Numbered from the whole stretch's first letter, positions 31,484-44,029 are shown. The stretch is DNA of 63,753 nt, filler included, from Stramenopiles sp. TOSAG23-2 (GCA_900128395.1; 21 parts of 21 records of this genome joined end to end with filler, not necessarily neighbours in it); one strand, 5' to 3'. Numbers and translations: made by a program. The notes: generated by a model from the sequence alone, not told the origin.

Positions 31484-34400
31484 TTATTACCATCTAATAT
31501 AAATAATAACAATGATAACAACAAGAAGAATAATAAGAATACGAAGAAGAAGAAAAAGGATACAAATTTCCAAGCAATGCTTAAAAAAGTAGATCTATTT
31601 CTACAATTTGTTCGGGGTATGAAATATCCAGAATCTAAAACGAAATTTAAGAAAGTGAGATACGTTGATCGCATTGTTAAAACAATGCAAAACATGTTGG
31701 ATCTTGGTTATTATTTGGAACCTGAAAATATGGGTTGGGTTAATTCTGAGTGGACAATGGAAAGGAAAACAGAGTTAGAAGGCAAAACTATTGCAATACC
31801 ATTCATGAGAAAAACCAACGTTATCTTGTCCAGATTTGGCAATTGTACAAATTCATGGGACAAAATATTTGATTGGGGTTGTGCATCTCCAGGAGAGATA
31901 CTTGATAAATATCGTGTATTAATCCNNNNNNNNNNNNNNNNNNNNNNNNNNNNNNNNNNNNNNNNNNNNNNNNNNNNNNNNNNNNNNNNNNNNNNNNNNN
32001 NNNNNNNNNNNNNNNNNNNNNNNNNNNNNGTTGAAAGTGGTAAATTTAGTTGGAAGCGCCTTTTAAATACATATGGTGCCTTGAAAAATTATTTTAACAA
32101 ATGGTTTTTCCATAATTTTGAAACACATCTGGTTAATCATAATTTAAAAAAAGCGGCGAATGCTGCGAAAGAAGCTTCTGAAAAAATGAATGTAGACTCA
32201 ACTGCTGGACCAGGAGTCGAAATCGAAAAAATCGATGGTTCTGAAACTTGGGGTAAAATTCTTCATGATGAGGGAAATGCTTGGAGATTGGACAATGGTA
32301 GAATAGCAAAAAAACGTACAGAAAATGTTAAATGGAGAGTAAAAGAAATAATTAACAGTAAAACAGCAATTTTACAAGATCATGAAGCCGTCTTTAAATT
32401 TACTGGCGAAGTTTTTAAAGATAAAAGTGGAAAAGTTTACTCTACATCAAAGGAAAGAGTTGTATCAACGGAATTGAATCGAGAAAAAGTGCTGAAACAA
32501 CTTGATTTTTTGTTTGCATTAGCGTTAGATGCATTTCAGAAATTAATATCAACGGAAGAAAATAATGAATTGATGGATGATGATGATGATGACAATCAAA
32601 ATAACAATGATAAATTAGGATCAAAATCAAAATGGAAACCTGTGATAGTCTACACACCTGGTATGACCAATCCATTACGAAGTGGACTTCCACCCAAACT
32701 ACCTTCCTATGCATCAACGACTTCATTATGGCGAGGTGAGCGTTTAGTGCTGCAACAATTAGTATCAAAGGATGAAGAATTAAACGAGATTGTCTGTGGT
32801 TTAGATTGGAAATTGCCACCAGGTAGAAGTCGACCTATCATTGATTTTAGCGCTTTATTTTTCGATGAAAATTTTGAATATATAGGCCCAGTGGATTGGA
32901 CATGTTTAGGGGCAAGAGGTGCAAAGCATTCAGGTGATTGGTGTGGATTGCTTGGCAACAAAGGTGCTGGAGCCAGGGCAAGGGAAGTCGTTACGATTAA
33001 TTTTAAAAAGTTAAAAGGTTGGATCGAAGGGGTGACTGTTGAAGATATTATGGAAGATGTGATTGAACTTTTGAAAAAATTGGAGAGGTTTTTTCGAAAT
33101 AAAAAAAACAATTTACTAAATCAACGGAGAGTTATTGAATCACAAATACAAAATATCCGAAGACAGATACTTAATTTACGAAATCCACGAGCATCAGCTT
33201 TCGGAGGCGGTGGCGCGTATCTTGGAGCGAGATGGGTTTATAATCCTGTAACACAAAGACATGAACGGCAAGAAGTGCCTCCGCCGGAAGCAACAAATGA
33301 GCCTCCTCAATTGACCGATGCTCAGCAAAATCAAATTCAAATGTTGGAAATGCAAATACCAGCATTAGAGGCGCAGCTAGTTGCTATTGAAGAAACTAGA
33401 GACCAACAACAATTACTTGAAGTACAAGTAAAAAGCCTTTATGAAACAGACCAAAGTGGATGGAAGACAGAAGATGCGTTGAAATTTAAAGAAGAAGTGA
33501 ACACATTTAAAGAAAGTTTAGGGCTAACAGTTGCAGAATTGCAGCAATTAGACCAAATTAATCCTAATGGTGGATATGGTGGATTTGGTGGATTTGGAAA
33601 TTATAACCAAAATTACAATCGTGATTATTCTAGGACAAAATATATTGCAATAGCTATATATCATTATAGCGGTGGCGATTTAGGTGAATTGGAAGATGCA
33701 TCTGTTTACGTAGTAAATCCATACCGTAGAGGCAACGGTCCAGGTGGAACACAACTTTTAACAGCATGTGGAATTACCGGGACAGGATGTGTAAATGTAA
33801 GTGCATGTTTTAGTATTAATGAAACAACTCGGGAAGTTACTGTTTTAAATTTAGACAATACATTAAATGTCCGAATGAGAACTGCTGCTGCATCCAAAGA
33901 TATGGTCTCTTCTACGATTAAAAAAATTATACGAATACCTACGCCGGTAAATCTAGGTCATATAGCGACATTGTATCACTCTTTCTTACGTTCTGTGATG
34001 GGTGACATGACTGTGATAAGTAAAAAGCGCAGTCATAAAGCAGCAATGAAGCAGCAAGCAATAACATCAGAGAAAATGGATGGAAATAATGACAATAATA
34101 ATAATAATAACAACAATATTAATGAAGTTAATGATGATGAAGCAAAGGAGGAGGATACAACACCTCTTTTACAATCAATAGCAAATGTACAAAATCAATC
34201 TAATAAAGATGATAATAATAATGATGTAGATGCAAAAATACCGTATGATAGGGACAATCACAATATTTCAACATTTACAAACTTGTCATCATCATCATCC
34301 TCATCATCCTCATCATCCTCATCTACAAGGGATGAACGAGCTTTATATGTGCATTCTGCAATGAATAAATTATCATCTTTGAAACCAATTGTTTATCCAG

Positions 34401-34527
34401 ATTATGAATCACTATTTAATGATGGCAATAATAATAATAATAATAATAATAGTAACAAATTTTGCTTTTTCTTTGATGATCACCAACCATTAACCTCAAT
34501 ATGTGAAAGATTGGTAAATAGGCAAAG
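31484..34527 (+). CDS. Large protein with an interrupted TerD-like domain (3'-truncated, possibly 5'-truncated, internal gap 31926-32029)
   Basis: IVCGLDW...IDFSALFFDENF...AKHSGD...AREVVTINFKKL, then about 200 aa later KYIAIAIYHYSGGDLGELEDASVYVV. Confidence 0.75.
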
Positions 34528-34692
34528 NNNNNNNNNNNNNNNNNNNNNNNNNNNNNNNNNNNNNNNNNNNNTTAATTAATTAANNNNNNNNNNNNNNNNN
34601 NNNNNNNNNNNNNNNNNNNNNNNNNNNTTCCCTAGCAGCTTCTTTTACTTTTCTTTTCATATGTTGTTTTAAAATTTTTTTATGCAAAAAAT

Positions 34693-36726
34693 ATGCAATG
34701 GCATGTACCAAAATATTCTATTGCACAAGTTATTAATTGTCCACCACTTAAAACTGGACCAAAATTTTTTATCACATTAGAAATAAATACGAAAACCTTT
34801 TTAAATTTTAAAATTGGTTTTACATTTGACGTATCGAATTATAAAATATTTAATGAATTAACATCACCAGCATTAGAAGCTATGTATATGATGAACACTT
34901 TGATGGATCAGCAACAACAACAGCAACAAAAACAAGAAAAGCAAAAAAAGAAAATGAAAAATAATAAGAAACATGCTCATTTATCTCCTGGTTGGGCGAG
35001 TTTTGATCTAGATGATGAATATCGAAGATTAGGATTGTTGAAACCAATTGGTAGTACTGGACATGACGTATTAGGCTCATTAGCTGGATCAGTATCAATA
35101 CCATGGCGTTTAACGGAGGTAAATAACAATTTTGAGCTATGTGCAACTTATCCTACAAAATTTGTTGTACCACGTAATGTAAGTGATGAAAGTTTGAAGC
35201 GAATTGCATCCTTTCGTAGCAAAGGTCGTTTGCCAGCTGTCGTTTATCGCCATCCAGTAAACAATGCAACAATAAGCCGTTGTGCGCAACCTATGGTAGG
35301 CCTCGTTCGACGCGCACGGTGTACAGATGATGAAAAATATATCAAACAATTAATCCCAGATGCGACAGAAAATAAAGATGTATATATAATTGATTGCAGG
35401 TCCCAGGCGGCTGCATATGGAAACTTAGCAGTTGGGCGTGGATTTGAATTTTCTGCTAATTATGGCGGTTCGAAATTGCTTTTTATGAATATTGAAAACA
35501 TTCATGCAATGAAAGAATCTTATAAACGTATAGTAGAACTTGGTGTGACTGCATGGAGAAGTTGTGGCGAAGGTGACAATCGTTGGTGGTCACATTTAGA
35601 AGCAACACGTTGGTTAGAACATATACGAACATTACTAGCTGCTGCATCCATGTGCGCAAGGATTATCACTGATGGTCATTCCATTTTAATTCATTGCAGT
35701 GATGGTTGGGATCGAACACCACAATTATCCGCTTTAACTCAGATTTTAATCGATCCGTATTATAGGACCATCCGTGGATTTGCCATATTAGTAGAGAAAG
35801 ATTGGTGTGGTTTTGGCCACCAATTTGCATTACGTTGTGGGCATGGAAATTATAAATATTTAGAAGACGAAAATTGTTCGCCTATATTTTTGCAATTTAT
35901 AGATTGCGTATTTCAGCTAGTTCATCAATTTCCATCATCCTTTGAATTCAATCAGCAATTTTTAATTGATTTATTAGATGAAGTCCATGCGTGCCGCACG
36001 TCAACGTTTTTAGGAAATTCAGAAATGGAACGAACGGTATCTAATGTAAATGAAAAGTGTGTTTCTGTTTGGGCATTATTGTTACCACCGCACACATGGG
36101 GTAGTAAAGAATATCGTATGCATAAATATGTAAATCCATTATATGATGGTTTTGCAAGTACGAAACTGCATGAAAATGCTTGTAAAGATATTTTATTGCC
36201 TGATTGCCATCAAAGCTCTATGCAAATATGGAGTGAATATTATTTTCGACAAATGAAGTCGCGTATGAAACGTATTAATTATGATGGCGTCAGTAGCTTA
36301 TCCGCATCGGTTAATATCAAAATGGAAGATAAAATTAAACGAATAATGGAAAAGGCTGATATTGTATCGGCTAAAAATGGCCGATTAAGACGTGAAAATG
36401 ATAAATTACGTAGAGATTCACGAAAGATGCAGATGCTAATACGTAAATTATCAGAACAAAATAGTCGTATCAATAATACATCATCCTCGTCCATATATGA
36501 TGATATAGATGGTTATGTAAGCGTACGCGGTAGAAGGAAATCAACACCACCATTATCAAGTAGTGTGAACAATAATAATACTAAACCACATAGACGTAGT
36601 AGTTTGTTTAATTTATCATTTTCAAGATGGGGCAGCGCACGTAATAATAATAATAATAATAACACTAGTAACGGTAGAAGTATACGTATTAATGGTTTGA
36701 ATGGTGGTTTTAAATCATCAAGGTGA
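34693..36726 (+). CDS. Myotubularin-family phosphoinositide 3-phosphatase (catalytically intact)
   Basis: LCATYP, FRSKGRLP, RCAQP, active site HCSDGWDRT, DPYYRTIRGF, SPIFLQFIDCVFQL, then a coiled coil. Confidence 0.97.
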   Translation: MQWHVPKYSIAQVINCPPLKTGPKFFITLEINTKTFLNFKIGFTFDVSNYKIFNELTSPALEAMYMMNTLMDQQQQQQQKQEKQKKKMKNNKKHAHLSPGWASFDLDDEYRRLGLLKPIGSTGHDVLGSLAGSVSIPWRLTEVNNNFELCATYPTKFVVPRNVSDESLKRIASFRSKGRLPAVVYRHPVNNATISRCAQPMVGLVRRARCTDDEKYIKQLIPDATENKDVYIIDCRSQAAAYGNLAVGRGFEFSANYGGSKLLFMNIENIHAMKESYKRIVELGVTAWRSCGEGDNRWWSHLEATRWLEHIRTLLAAASMCARIITDGHSILIHCSDGWDRTPQLSALTQILIDPYYRTIRGFAILVEKDWCGFGHQFALRCGHGNYKYLEDENCSPIFLQFIDCVFQLVHQFPSSFEFNQQFLIDLLDEVHACRTSTFLGNSEMERTVSNVNEKCVSVWALLLPPHTWGSKEYRMHKYVNPLYDGFASTKLHENACKDILLPDCHQSSMQIWSEYYFRQMKSRMKRINYDGVSSLSASVNIKMEDKIKRIMEKADIVSAKNGRLRRENDKLRRDSRKMQMLIRKLSEQNSRINNTSSSSIYDDIDGYVSVRGRRKSTPPLSSSVNNNNTKPHRRSSLFNLSFSRWGSARNNNNNNNTSNGRSIRINGLNGGFKSSR

Positions 36727-37490
36727 AATTAAGATATGTGTGTTAAAATTTTAAATTTTGTACAAGCTACATCAATAAATTAATTTTTATATTTTCCTCA
36801 TATTTATGTGCTTATAAATTTTGTAATGAACTAGATGATGAATGTTGGTTAGCCTCGTAATGCTGTGTATATGCTTTCAGAATACGAGCGTATTCCACAT
36901 ACTTTTTGCGAAAATGTAGGTAGTGCTATTTCTATGTACTGTGTGCGGCTATGGAGCTATTATATTGCATCAAACGTTAGTGCTGAATAGTTATAATGTG
37001 CTAGTAGTACAGATCATCATCAATCATCGATCAGCTACAAGTAGAACAAGTATATTATCGTTAAAAAATACACACACACACACACAGTTATTTTATTACA
37101 GTAAATATCACAATAATACCTCAAGAGAATAATAAATATATGACATTGTATTTTTTGAATACAATCATTGCAAATCATCAAACATTATACATAAATATAC
37201 ATAGCGTACTCTGAACTTGGGAAAAGAGAATATACGCAAATAAAGTAAAAGTAACAGGTTGTAGATAGATTAATATTAAGGAATACTTTGTAAACTTCTT
37301 TTAAGTTCATAATAATTTTTAACTTCCGTTTTCTTCCCACGTTTCTTCATATATCCCGTTATTGTGTATTGATATAATCTGGTTTGTATATATATATATA
37401 TATTAATAATAATAAGAAGAAGAAGATAATAATCAAATACATAAAACGCATACCTATACATTAATAGAAATAATTTAAATTGTTGAAAAT

Positions 37491-37664
37491 ATGTGGGCGA
37501 CGAAAAGAAAAGGAAGTGGTAAGAAAAAAAGTACATCAGATAGTAAACGGAGAACGAAATCTTCGGAAGATGAACTTCACGATTTTATACACGATATTGA
37601 ATATTCTGCTAAAAAAATTTTAAAACAACATATGAAAAGAAAAGTAAAAGAAGCTGCTAGGGAA
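37491..37664 (+). CDS. N-terminus of a hypothetical basic protein (truncated)
   Basis: ATG-initiated frame running into the contig end. Confidence 0.4.
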
Positions 37665-37792
37665 NNNNNNNNNNNNNNNNNNNNNNNNNNNNNNNNNNNN
37701 NNNNNNNNTTAATTAATTAANNNNNNNNNNNNNNNNNNNNNNNNNNNNNNNNNNNNNNNNNNNNTCAATATAATATATGATGAGATACTTAC

Positions 37793-38228
37793 ATTTAGGA
37801 ACAATTTCATCACTAATACCACCTGGGATGGTTCCAGTCTCAGGAAATAAAAGTTCCGTAAATTCTGGTGGGCATCCAGCTTCTTTAGTCATTTCATTGA
37901 AAATTTTAGTGAACTTTTCTTTATCCGTAAATGGTTTACCAAAACGCATATCTACAAAATATCCATTAGCTGGTACAATTGGATTTGTCGTATCTTTGAG
38001 TAATTCCGTTGCATGTCCTTTTGCTCTTCTACGTATAGCTTGTACCAATGCTTTTGGTACTTCGGTACATGATAATATTGTTTTTAGAAGTAAGTAAGTG
38101 CGCCTCTCTGGACCAAGCATGTATAAAAATACTGCAGTTCCACCAGCAACATATGCTGCTTCTTTTGTTAATAATGAGTCAGTATATTGTGATACATTAT
38201 CTTTGTAAAATGTTTGTAATCCATCCAT
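37793..38228 (-). CDS. First exon of a hypothetical membrane-anchored protein
   Basis: MDGLQTFY...AAYVAGGTAVFLYML...EIVPK followed by a canonical donor GTAAGT starting at 37792 on the minus strand. Confidence 0.65.
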
Positions 38229-38570
38229 GATTAATTGAAAAAAAAATATATGGAGTATATATAGAGAGAGATACAATATAATATAATAATAAACGAGGAA
38301 ATAGAAGAAAAGAAATTGTTGTTTGTTTTGTTTTTTATGTATTGATATCTTTCATACGTGAACGACGACGAGTATCAGTATATTGTGATACATTATCTTT
38401 GTAAAATGTTTGTAATCCATCCATGATTAATTGAAAAAAAAATATATGGAGTATATATAGAGAGAGATACAATATAATATAATAATAAACGAGGAAATAG
38501 AAGAAAAGAAATTGTTGTTTGTTTTGTTTTTTATGTATTGATATCTTTCATACGTGAACGACGACGAGTA
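38179..38570 (+). repeat. Exact 196-bp tandem duplication
   Basis: 38179-38374 is identical to 38375-38570. Confidence 0.9.
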
Positions 38571-39163
38571 GTTCAAATTTTTTCTATATCATATACTGAT
38601 ATATTCGACTAGCTACCACGTATTAGATTATTTTAATTTACGTATCCAAATTCATAAAAAAAAAAAATTCATTTTAGTCTATTTATTATTATTTTTTTCT
38701 AGAAAAAACAACAAACAACAAACGACGGAGGATGCAGTTTTAAGGAATGTAGTGGATTTGCTCGTAATGGTTTCCTGAGAGGAGCTGAGTCGGCCTTCTT
38801 ATATTTACACAGTAGGGAAGGCTATAAAATCTTTTAACGATCGCGATCGCACGATATGATCATCCTTAATTCGCACATTCTGTCCGTATTAAATTCTTGA
38901 CAACAGTAACGATTTGGCTATAAATATTATATGTGTTGTATAACGATTTTTGATCATCTGAGTATAGCAGGTTGATAGTACTAAATATTATTTGATATTA
39001 TCAAGTCAATCAAAAACTATTTATGTGTGCATGTGTGCTTATCTAAAAACGAAACAAACAAAATTATATATACAATAAAGAACCAACACAAACGACAATT
39101 AATACAACAAAGTGAAATAGTTAACAAGATGGTTTAAAATTTGACCAAAATTCTGATCAACAT

Positions 39164-39550
39164 TTGAAAACGATCCATTTTGAAATTGCAAAACAACTAT
39201 ATGAGAACTTGGGACCAAAATATAGCGACGGAAATAATAAAAAAAGAGAGGAAATTCTGAAAGATTGTCAGTGGGATAAAACAAGAAAGATTGGTACTCT
39301 TTACAATCGATATCGCATTGTACTTCCAATTTACAAATCAACCACTTCTGCAGTGTACACTGCGATAGACTACGATAGAATGATAAACAATGCTGATGAA
39401 AGCAAAGAGGAAGTTGTCATCATAAAATTGATGGGCCCAAATGATACTAAGTCACTACAAAGAGACAAAAGGGCATTTATTAGAGAATTGAAAGCTCGGG
39501 AGGCTAAGGAAAAAAGGCAATTTGGTCGCATTATAGTAAATCAAGGATGA
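39164..39550 (+). pseudogene. Isolated protein-kinase N-lobe fragment
   Basis: RYRIVLPIYKSTTSAVYTAID...VVIIKLM...AFIRELKAR covers subdomains I-III only; no ATG start and no HRD/DFG downstream. Confidence 0.55.
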
Positions 39551-39855
39551 TTCCGTTGAATTTTTAGGTTTATATCCATGAAACATTTCCATTTTTTAAC
39601 TATAATAATTAATATTTATCATAAAGCAACATACATACACACATTAATACCTTGCAATATATATATATCCGGATATATCATTTCAATTTGAATTTCTATA
39701 TTTCCAAAAGTCTACATGTACATTACATTATATGTTTTATGTTTCTACTTCTTTTTAAAAAAATAAAAAAAAAAGTTAAAACTCCAATCAATGTTTATTA
39801 TCATACATAGCACCTTAATTTCAAATTAACTGAAAAAGCACAATCAGCACAATTC

Positions 39856-40269
39856 TCCTAATCGGGTCCATTATCCATAAAAGTGGTGCGCCTACACAGC
39901 ACTGGTTATTTGTTCATTATCAATAACCACTCCTGTGTACCTGTTAATCCGGAAGTCGGTAGGAAAATATCATATATTGAAGTATAATCATTTGTAATCT
40001 AAATCACACAATAAAATATTACCTTAATTTACTGTAGAATTGTCGCTTTTTCATTGAAATTTTGCATCAAAAACCTCTAAATTGAACTAAATTAAGGTAA
40101 TATTTTATTGTAATTGTGTGATTTAGATTACAAATGATTATACTTCAATATATGATATTTTCCTACCGACTTCCGGATTAACAGGTACACAGGAGTGGTT
40201 ATTGATAATGAACAAATAACCAGTGCTGTGTAGGCGCACCACTTTTATGGATAATGGACCCGATTAGGA
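39856..40269. mobile_element. Fold-back/MITE-like element: ~176-bp inverted arms, 56-bp spacer
   Basis: 39856-40031 is the reverse complement of 40088-40269, apart from a 6-bp insertion (TAATTG) in the right arm. Confidence 0.8.
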
Positions 40270-41434
40270 CAATGCTATTTACACAAGCTTAAATTAGTGA
40301 GGTATTGATGTGTAAAATTGCTAGCTCACTAGCCGGGCTAGAGCTAGCCCAGCTAGCTTGAAGAGCTTGAAGAAATTATTAATAAATTAAGTGATTATTC
40401 TAATTATTAGAATTATAGCTGTATTGACATAGCAAAGGGGCCAAAATCTCGTCACCCGTCAAAATTGGTATTAGCAGGTAGATACCAGGTAGTACAGAAA
40501 GTATGTTATAACTGCCAATTTCCAATTTCTCATAAAGTTCTAGAATCATATAATTGCCCTACACACATCATTTAATTAATTGAATGGATGGATACATAGT
40601 CTATAGATATTTCTTGTTTGGAAACATTTAGAGAACATCCATATTTGTATCCTTTTTCATTCATTTGTTCCTTTATTTATTTACTATTTTTATAATTAAG
40701 ATTGGTATATTAATAGACAATCCATTCATTCATTCATTCGTTTAGGACTAATATATAAGAGTTGGAGAGTCGAGTCGTAGTCGCCTAATAATAGCCGANN
40801 NNNNNNNNNNNNNNNNNNNNNNNNNNNNNNNNNNNNNNNNNNTTAATTAATTAANNNNNNNNNNNNNNNNNNNNNNNNNNNNNNNNNNNNNNNNNNNNTT
40901 AACAAATATAGCAGCACGTTTAAAATATGAGGAAAGGATTCAAATGGTATTGGAGGAAAAGTCAGTGGTGATGACGACATCAGGTGGGGAGTAGAAGGGA
41001 GATTAAAAGTACTTCGTATTAGTATTACTGAGAGAGAGATTAATATGTTTTAATACTGTTTTCATATTTTATATTTTACTCGTACGAATATATACGAAGT
41101 ATTAAATAATATTTCATATGAGTGTGTGTAATATATATACTTCGTACGAAGTATATACGAAGCCGTATATAGTAAAGGAGCTCGCAGCTTCCAATTGGAT
41201 TTCTACTATGATACATGTAGAGATATACAAATCGCGATTATTAAAACTTGCGATTATTAAAACTTGCGCTTATAATAATCGTTTCGTTTTAAAATGTGCA
41301 TTTGGTGAGTCGTATAATGACTTGTACCCTGGTACAATTTATTCTCCGCCTTCCTATGACCATCAGCTATTATGAGTAGTTAATACCATCTATTTACCTT
41401 CATTGGTATTCTCGATTATGAGAATATCAACACA

Positions 41435-41512
41435 TTAGTTTGAGATAGATTATTTCAGTTATTGTATTCTTTTGAAGAGTAGGAATTATCATGAGTAAAT
41501 TAAAACAATAAA
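41435..41512 (+). repeat. Short dispersed repeat (copies at 45300-45375 minus; 20-bp core at 3590-3609)
   Basis: AGAGTAGGAATTATCATGA(GTAAATTAAAA) occurs on three contigs, with extended flanking similarity between 41435-41474 and 45335-45375. Confidence 0.8.
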
Positions 41513-42319
41513 TTACGCGCGTAAACTAAATACTCGTATTATATATATACGAATATCGTATATATACATTTTATATAACTATTATATTATATAATTTTCT
41601 CTTACTCATTACTATTATACGAAGCGTATATATTAAAACGGGATATTTTATAATCATACCGAGTAATCATATCATATATATATGATTATAGTTTGCAGAG
41701 GTGCATTAGAGCTTTACTATAGTACGTACTCGTGGGATTTAGAATATTATTCCTGAGATTGAGTATTGAGCATATTACTTGACACGAGAAGTGTAAAATT
41801 ATTATAACTTAGATTTTAATCATCATATTTATATCATACGAACCATATGATATATATCACATATGATATGCATATGATACGAACACACCATATCCCCTTA
41901 TATGGTGACACCTCGACATGCCATACAACCATATCAAGATGAAACTGCATGCATATGACACACATTGCAGTCATATTTTATGCTGTTAATGACATACATA
42001 TGGTACACGGCATATCTCTATACATAGGTACATGGCGACAAGCCCAAATACATCATCTTGACTTGCAACTGGTGTCCTTTATGCATGCATTTTATTTCAA
42101 TCCCTCCCATACACTGTCATAAACAAGCGAAATGAGATGTAAGTGTTCTTCCAACCAAAGCGACCTAACAAAGGCTCGATGCCATATGCAGTATCTATAG
42201 TAAGACCGCTCAAAGTCACCACGGGATCTTTATCTCTTTCATCTTCGTCTGTACTGGGTTCTTGTAAAAGAATGTAGTTTCACGACAATTTAAACGCGTA
42301 CAAAAACGATTTTAAAACA

Positions 42320-43929
42320 TTATGATTTTTTTTGGTTACAATATAATAAACCGAATAGTAGAAATATTAATGATAATAAAATGACAAACATCATGTTTCT
42401 ACTTGTTCGTTCCATTTTTAACAATGCATACATTTCATTGATTTCATATTGTTGCTTCTCTAATTGAACTTGTTGTTCTTTATTGACTTGAATTAAAAAG
42501 CCTGCTAATGATGAATAATCAACTTTTTTAATACCATCCTTATTTTCACTAACAAGTTGTGGCAATACTTTTTCAATTTCTTGTGCAATAACACCAACTC
42601 GTGTACCATTAGGTAAACCTTCTATTTTTACTGTATGTTTATTATCATCAAACGTATACATAACGCCACGTATATCTTGTAATTTTTCAGAGGCATTTTG
42701 GATGGTTTTAATATTTGTTTTTAACCTTTGGTCTGAAAATAATGGATTATTATCGAAATAATTATCCTCTTCGTCTTCATCGTCTCCGAGGAGGCGTCGA
42801 CGTCGTTGACTCTCTCCAATTTTGATTTCGTTATCAGTAAAACCTAATGTAATTTGATTTAAATTAGATATTGTTGCACACCCCCATGCGGTACCTCCAA
42901 CGTTCATTTTTAGAATCTGATCGCCAGCACAAAGTACCAACTTATCATAATTAATTCTACTACCACCCCACACACCTGCAGTAATGGTACCTGTAACAGC
43001 CAAATCACCGCCAAAATTTACATTCCCAGTATGAACATTTAATGCTGTTTGACCTGCCTGACCTGTTATTTTTACCAGCTCATTAGCATTTTGTGTTGCT
43101 GTATTTGATATTATTAATCCTCCACCTCCTACAGCATTTGGATCAATCGTTACTGCGGCAACTGTAAGCGTGGCTGCAACATTTACATTTCCAGCATCAA
43201 TATTTAATGCTGTTTGACCTGCCTGACCTGTTATTTTTACTAGCTCATTAGCATTTTGTGTTGCTGTATTTGATATTATTAATCCTCCACCTCCTACAGC
43301 ATTTGGATCAATCGTTACTGCGGCAACTGTAAGCGTGGCTGCAACATTTACATTTCCAGCATCAATATTTAATGCTGTTTGACCTGCCTGACCTGTTATT
43401 TTTACTAGCTCATTAGCATTTTGTGTTGCTGTATTTGATATTATTAATCCTCCACCTCCTACAGCATTTGGATCAATCGTTACTCCACCAGCAAAATTGG
43501 AATCCCCGGCTGCAACTTCTAATGCTATTCTTCCTGCTGCACCTGTCATTTTAAGTAATCTACCTGCAGCTAATTGGGTACTGCTACTACTACTTCCAGT
43601 AATATCCAAGATAGTCCCACTTGTTAACCCAGTAGCTGATATTGATACAACTTTACCAGTAGTTACGGCATTTGCAACAACTTGCATTATTCCACCACTT
43701 GTTGCAGTAGATGTACTAGTTAACTTCAATAATGCACCCGATCCCAAGGCAGAACCTGATGAAATTGAAAGTGCAGTACCAGTAGTCAATGCTGTAGCAG
43801 ATATCGTTGCAACATCGCCGGCAGTTACGGTGTTTTCAGAAGCGACAAACTTTCCCACCTTCATCGCATACCCCCCTATATCAATATCTTTACCAACACC
43901 TTCAACAATCGATGCTTTTTGACTTTTAC
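42320..43929 (-). CDS. Fibre-like protein with Peptidase_S74 intramolecular chaperone, coiled coil and C-terminal TM anchor (5'-truncated)
   Basis: Gly/Thr/Ala-rich beta-repeat region with 55-aa repeats; FSDQRLKTNIKTI...LQDIRGVMYTF...GVIAQEIEKVLPQLV...VDYSSLAGFLIQVNKEQQ; TM MMFVILLSLIFLLFGLLYC. Confidence 0.9.
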
Positions 43930-44029
43930 NNNNNNNNNNNNNNNNNNNNNNNNNNNNNNNNNNNNNNNNNNNNTTAATTAATTAANNNNNNNNNNNNNNN
44001 NNNNNNNNNNNNNNNNNNNNNNNNNNNNN

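Noticed and set aside
33020-33635. Intein within the TerD domain
   Set aside because: No Cys/Ser start block, no His-Asn end and no LAGLIDADG motif; composition is coiled-coil and low-complexity.
42320-43929. Prophage or bacterial contaminant
   Set aside because: No neighbouring phage genes; 1.4 kb of host-type intergenic DNA downstream shares repeats and motifs with other contigs; a C-terminal TM anchor is not a feature of phage tail fibres.
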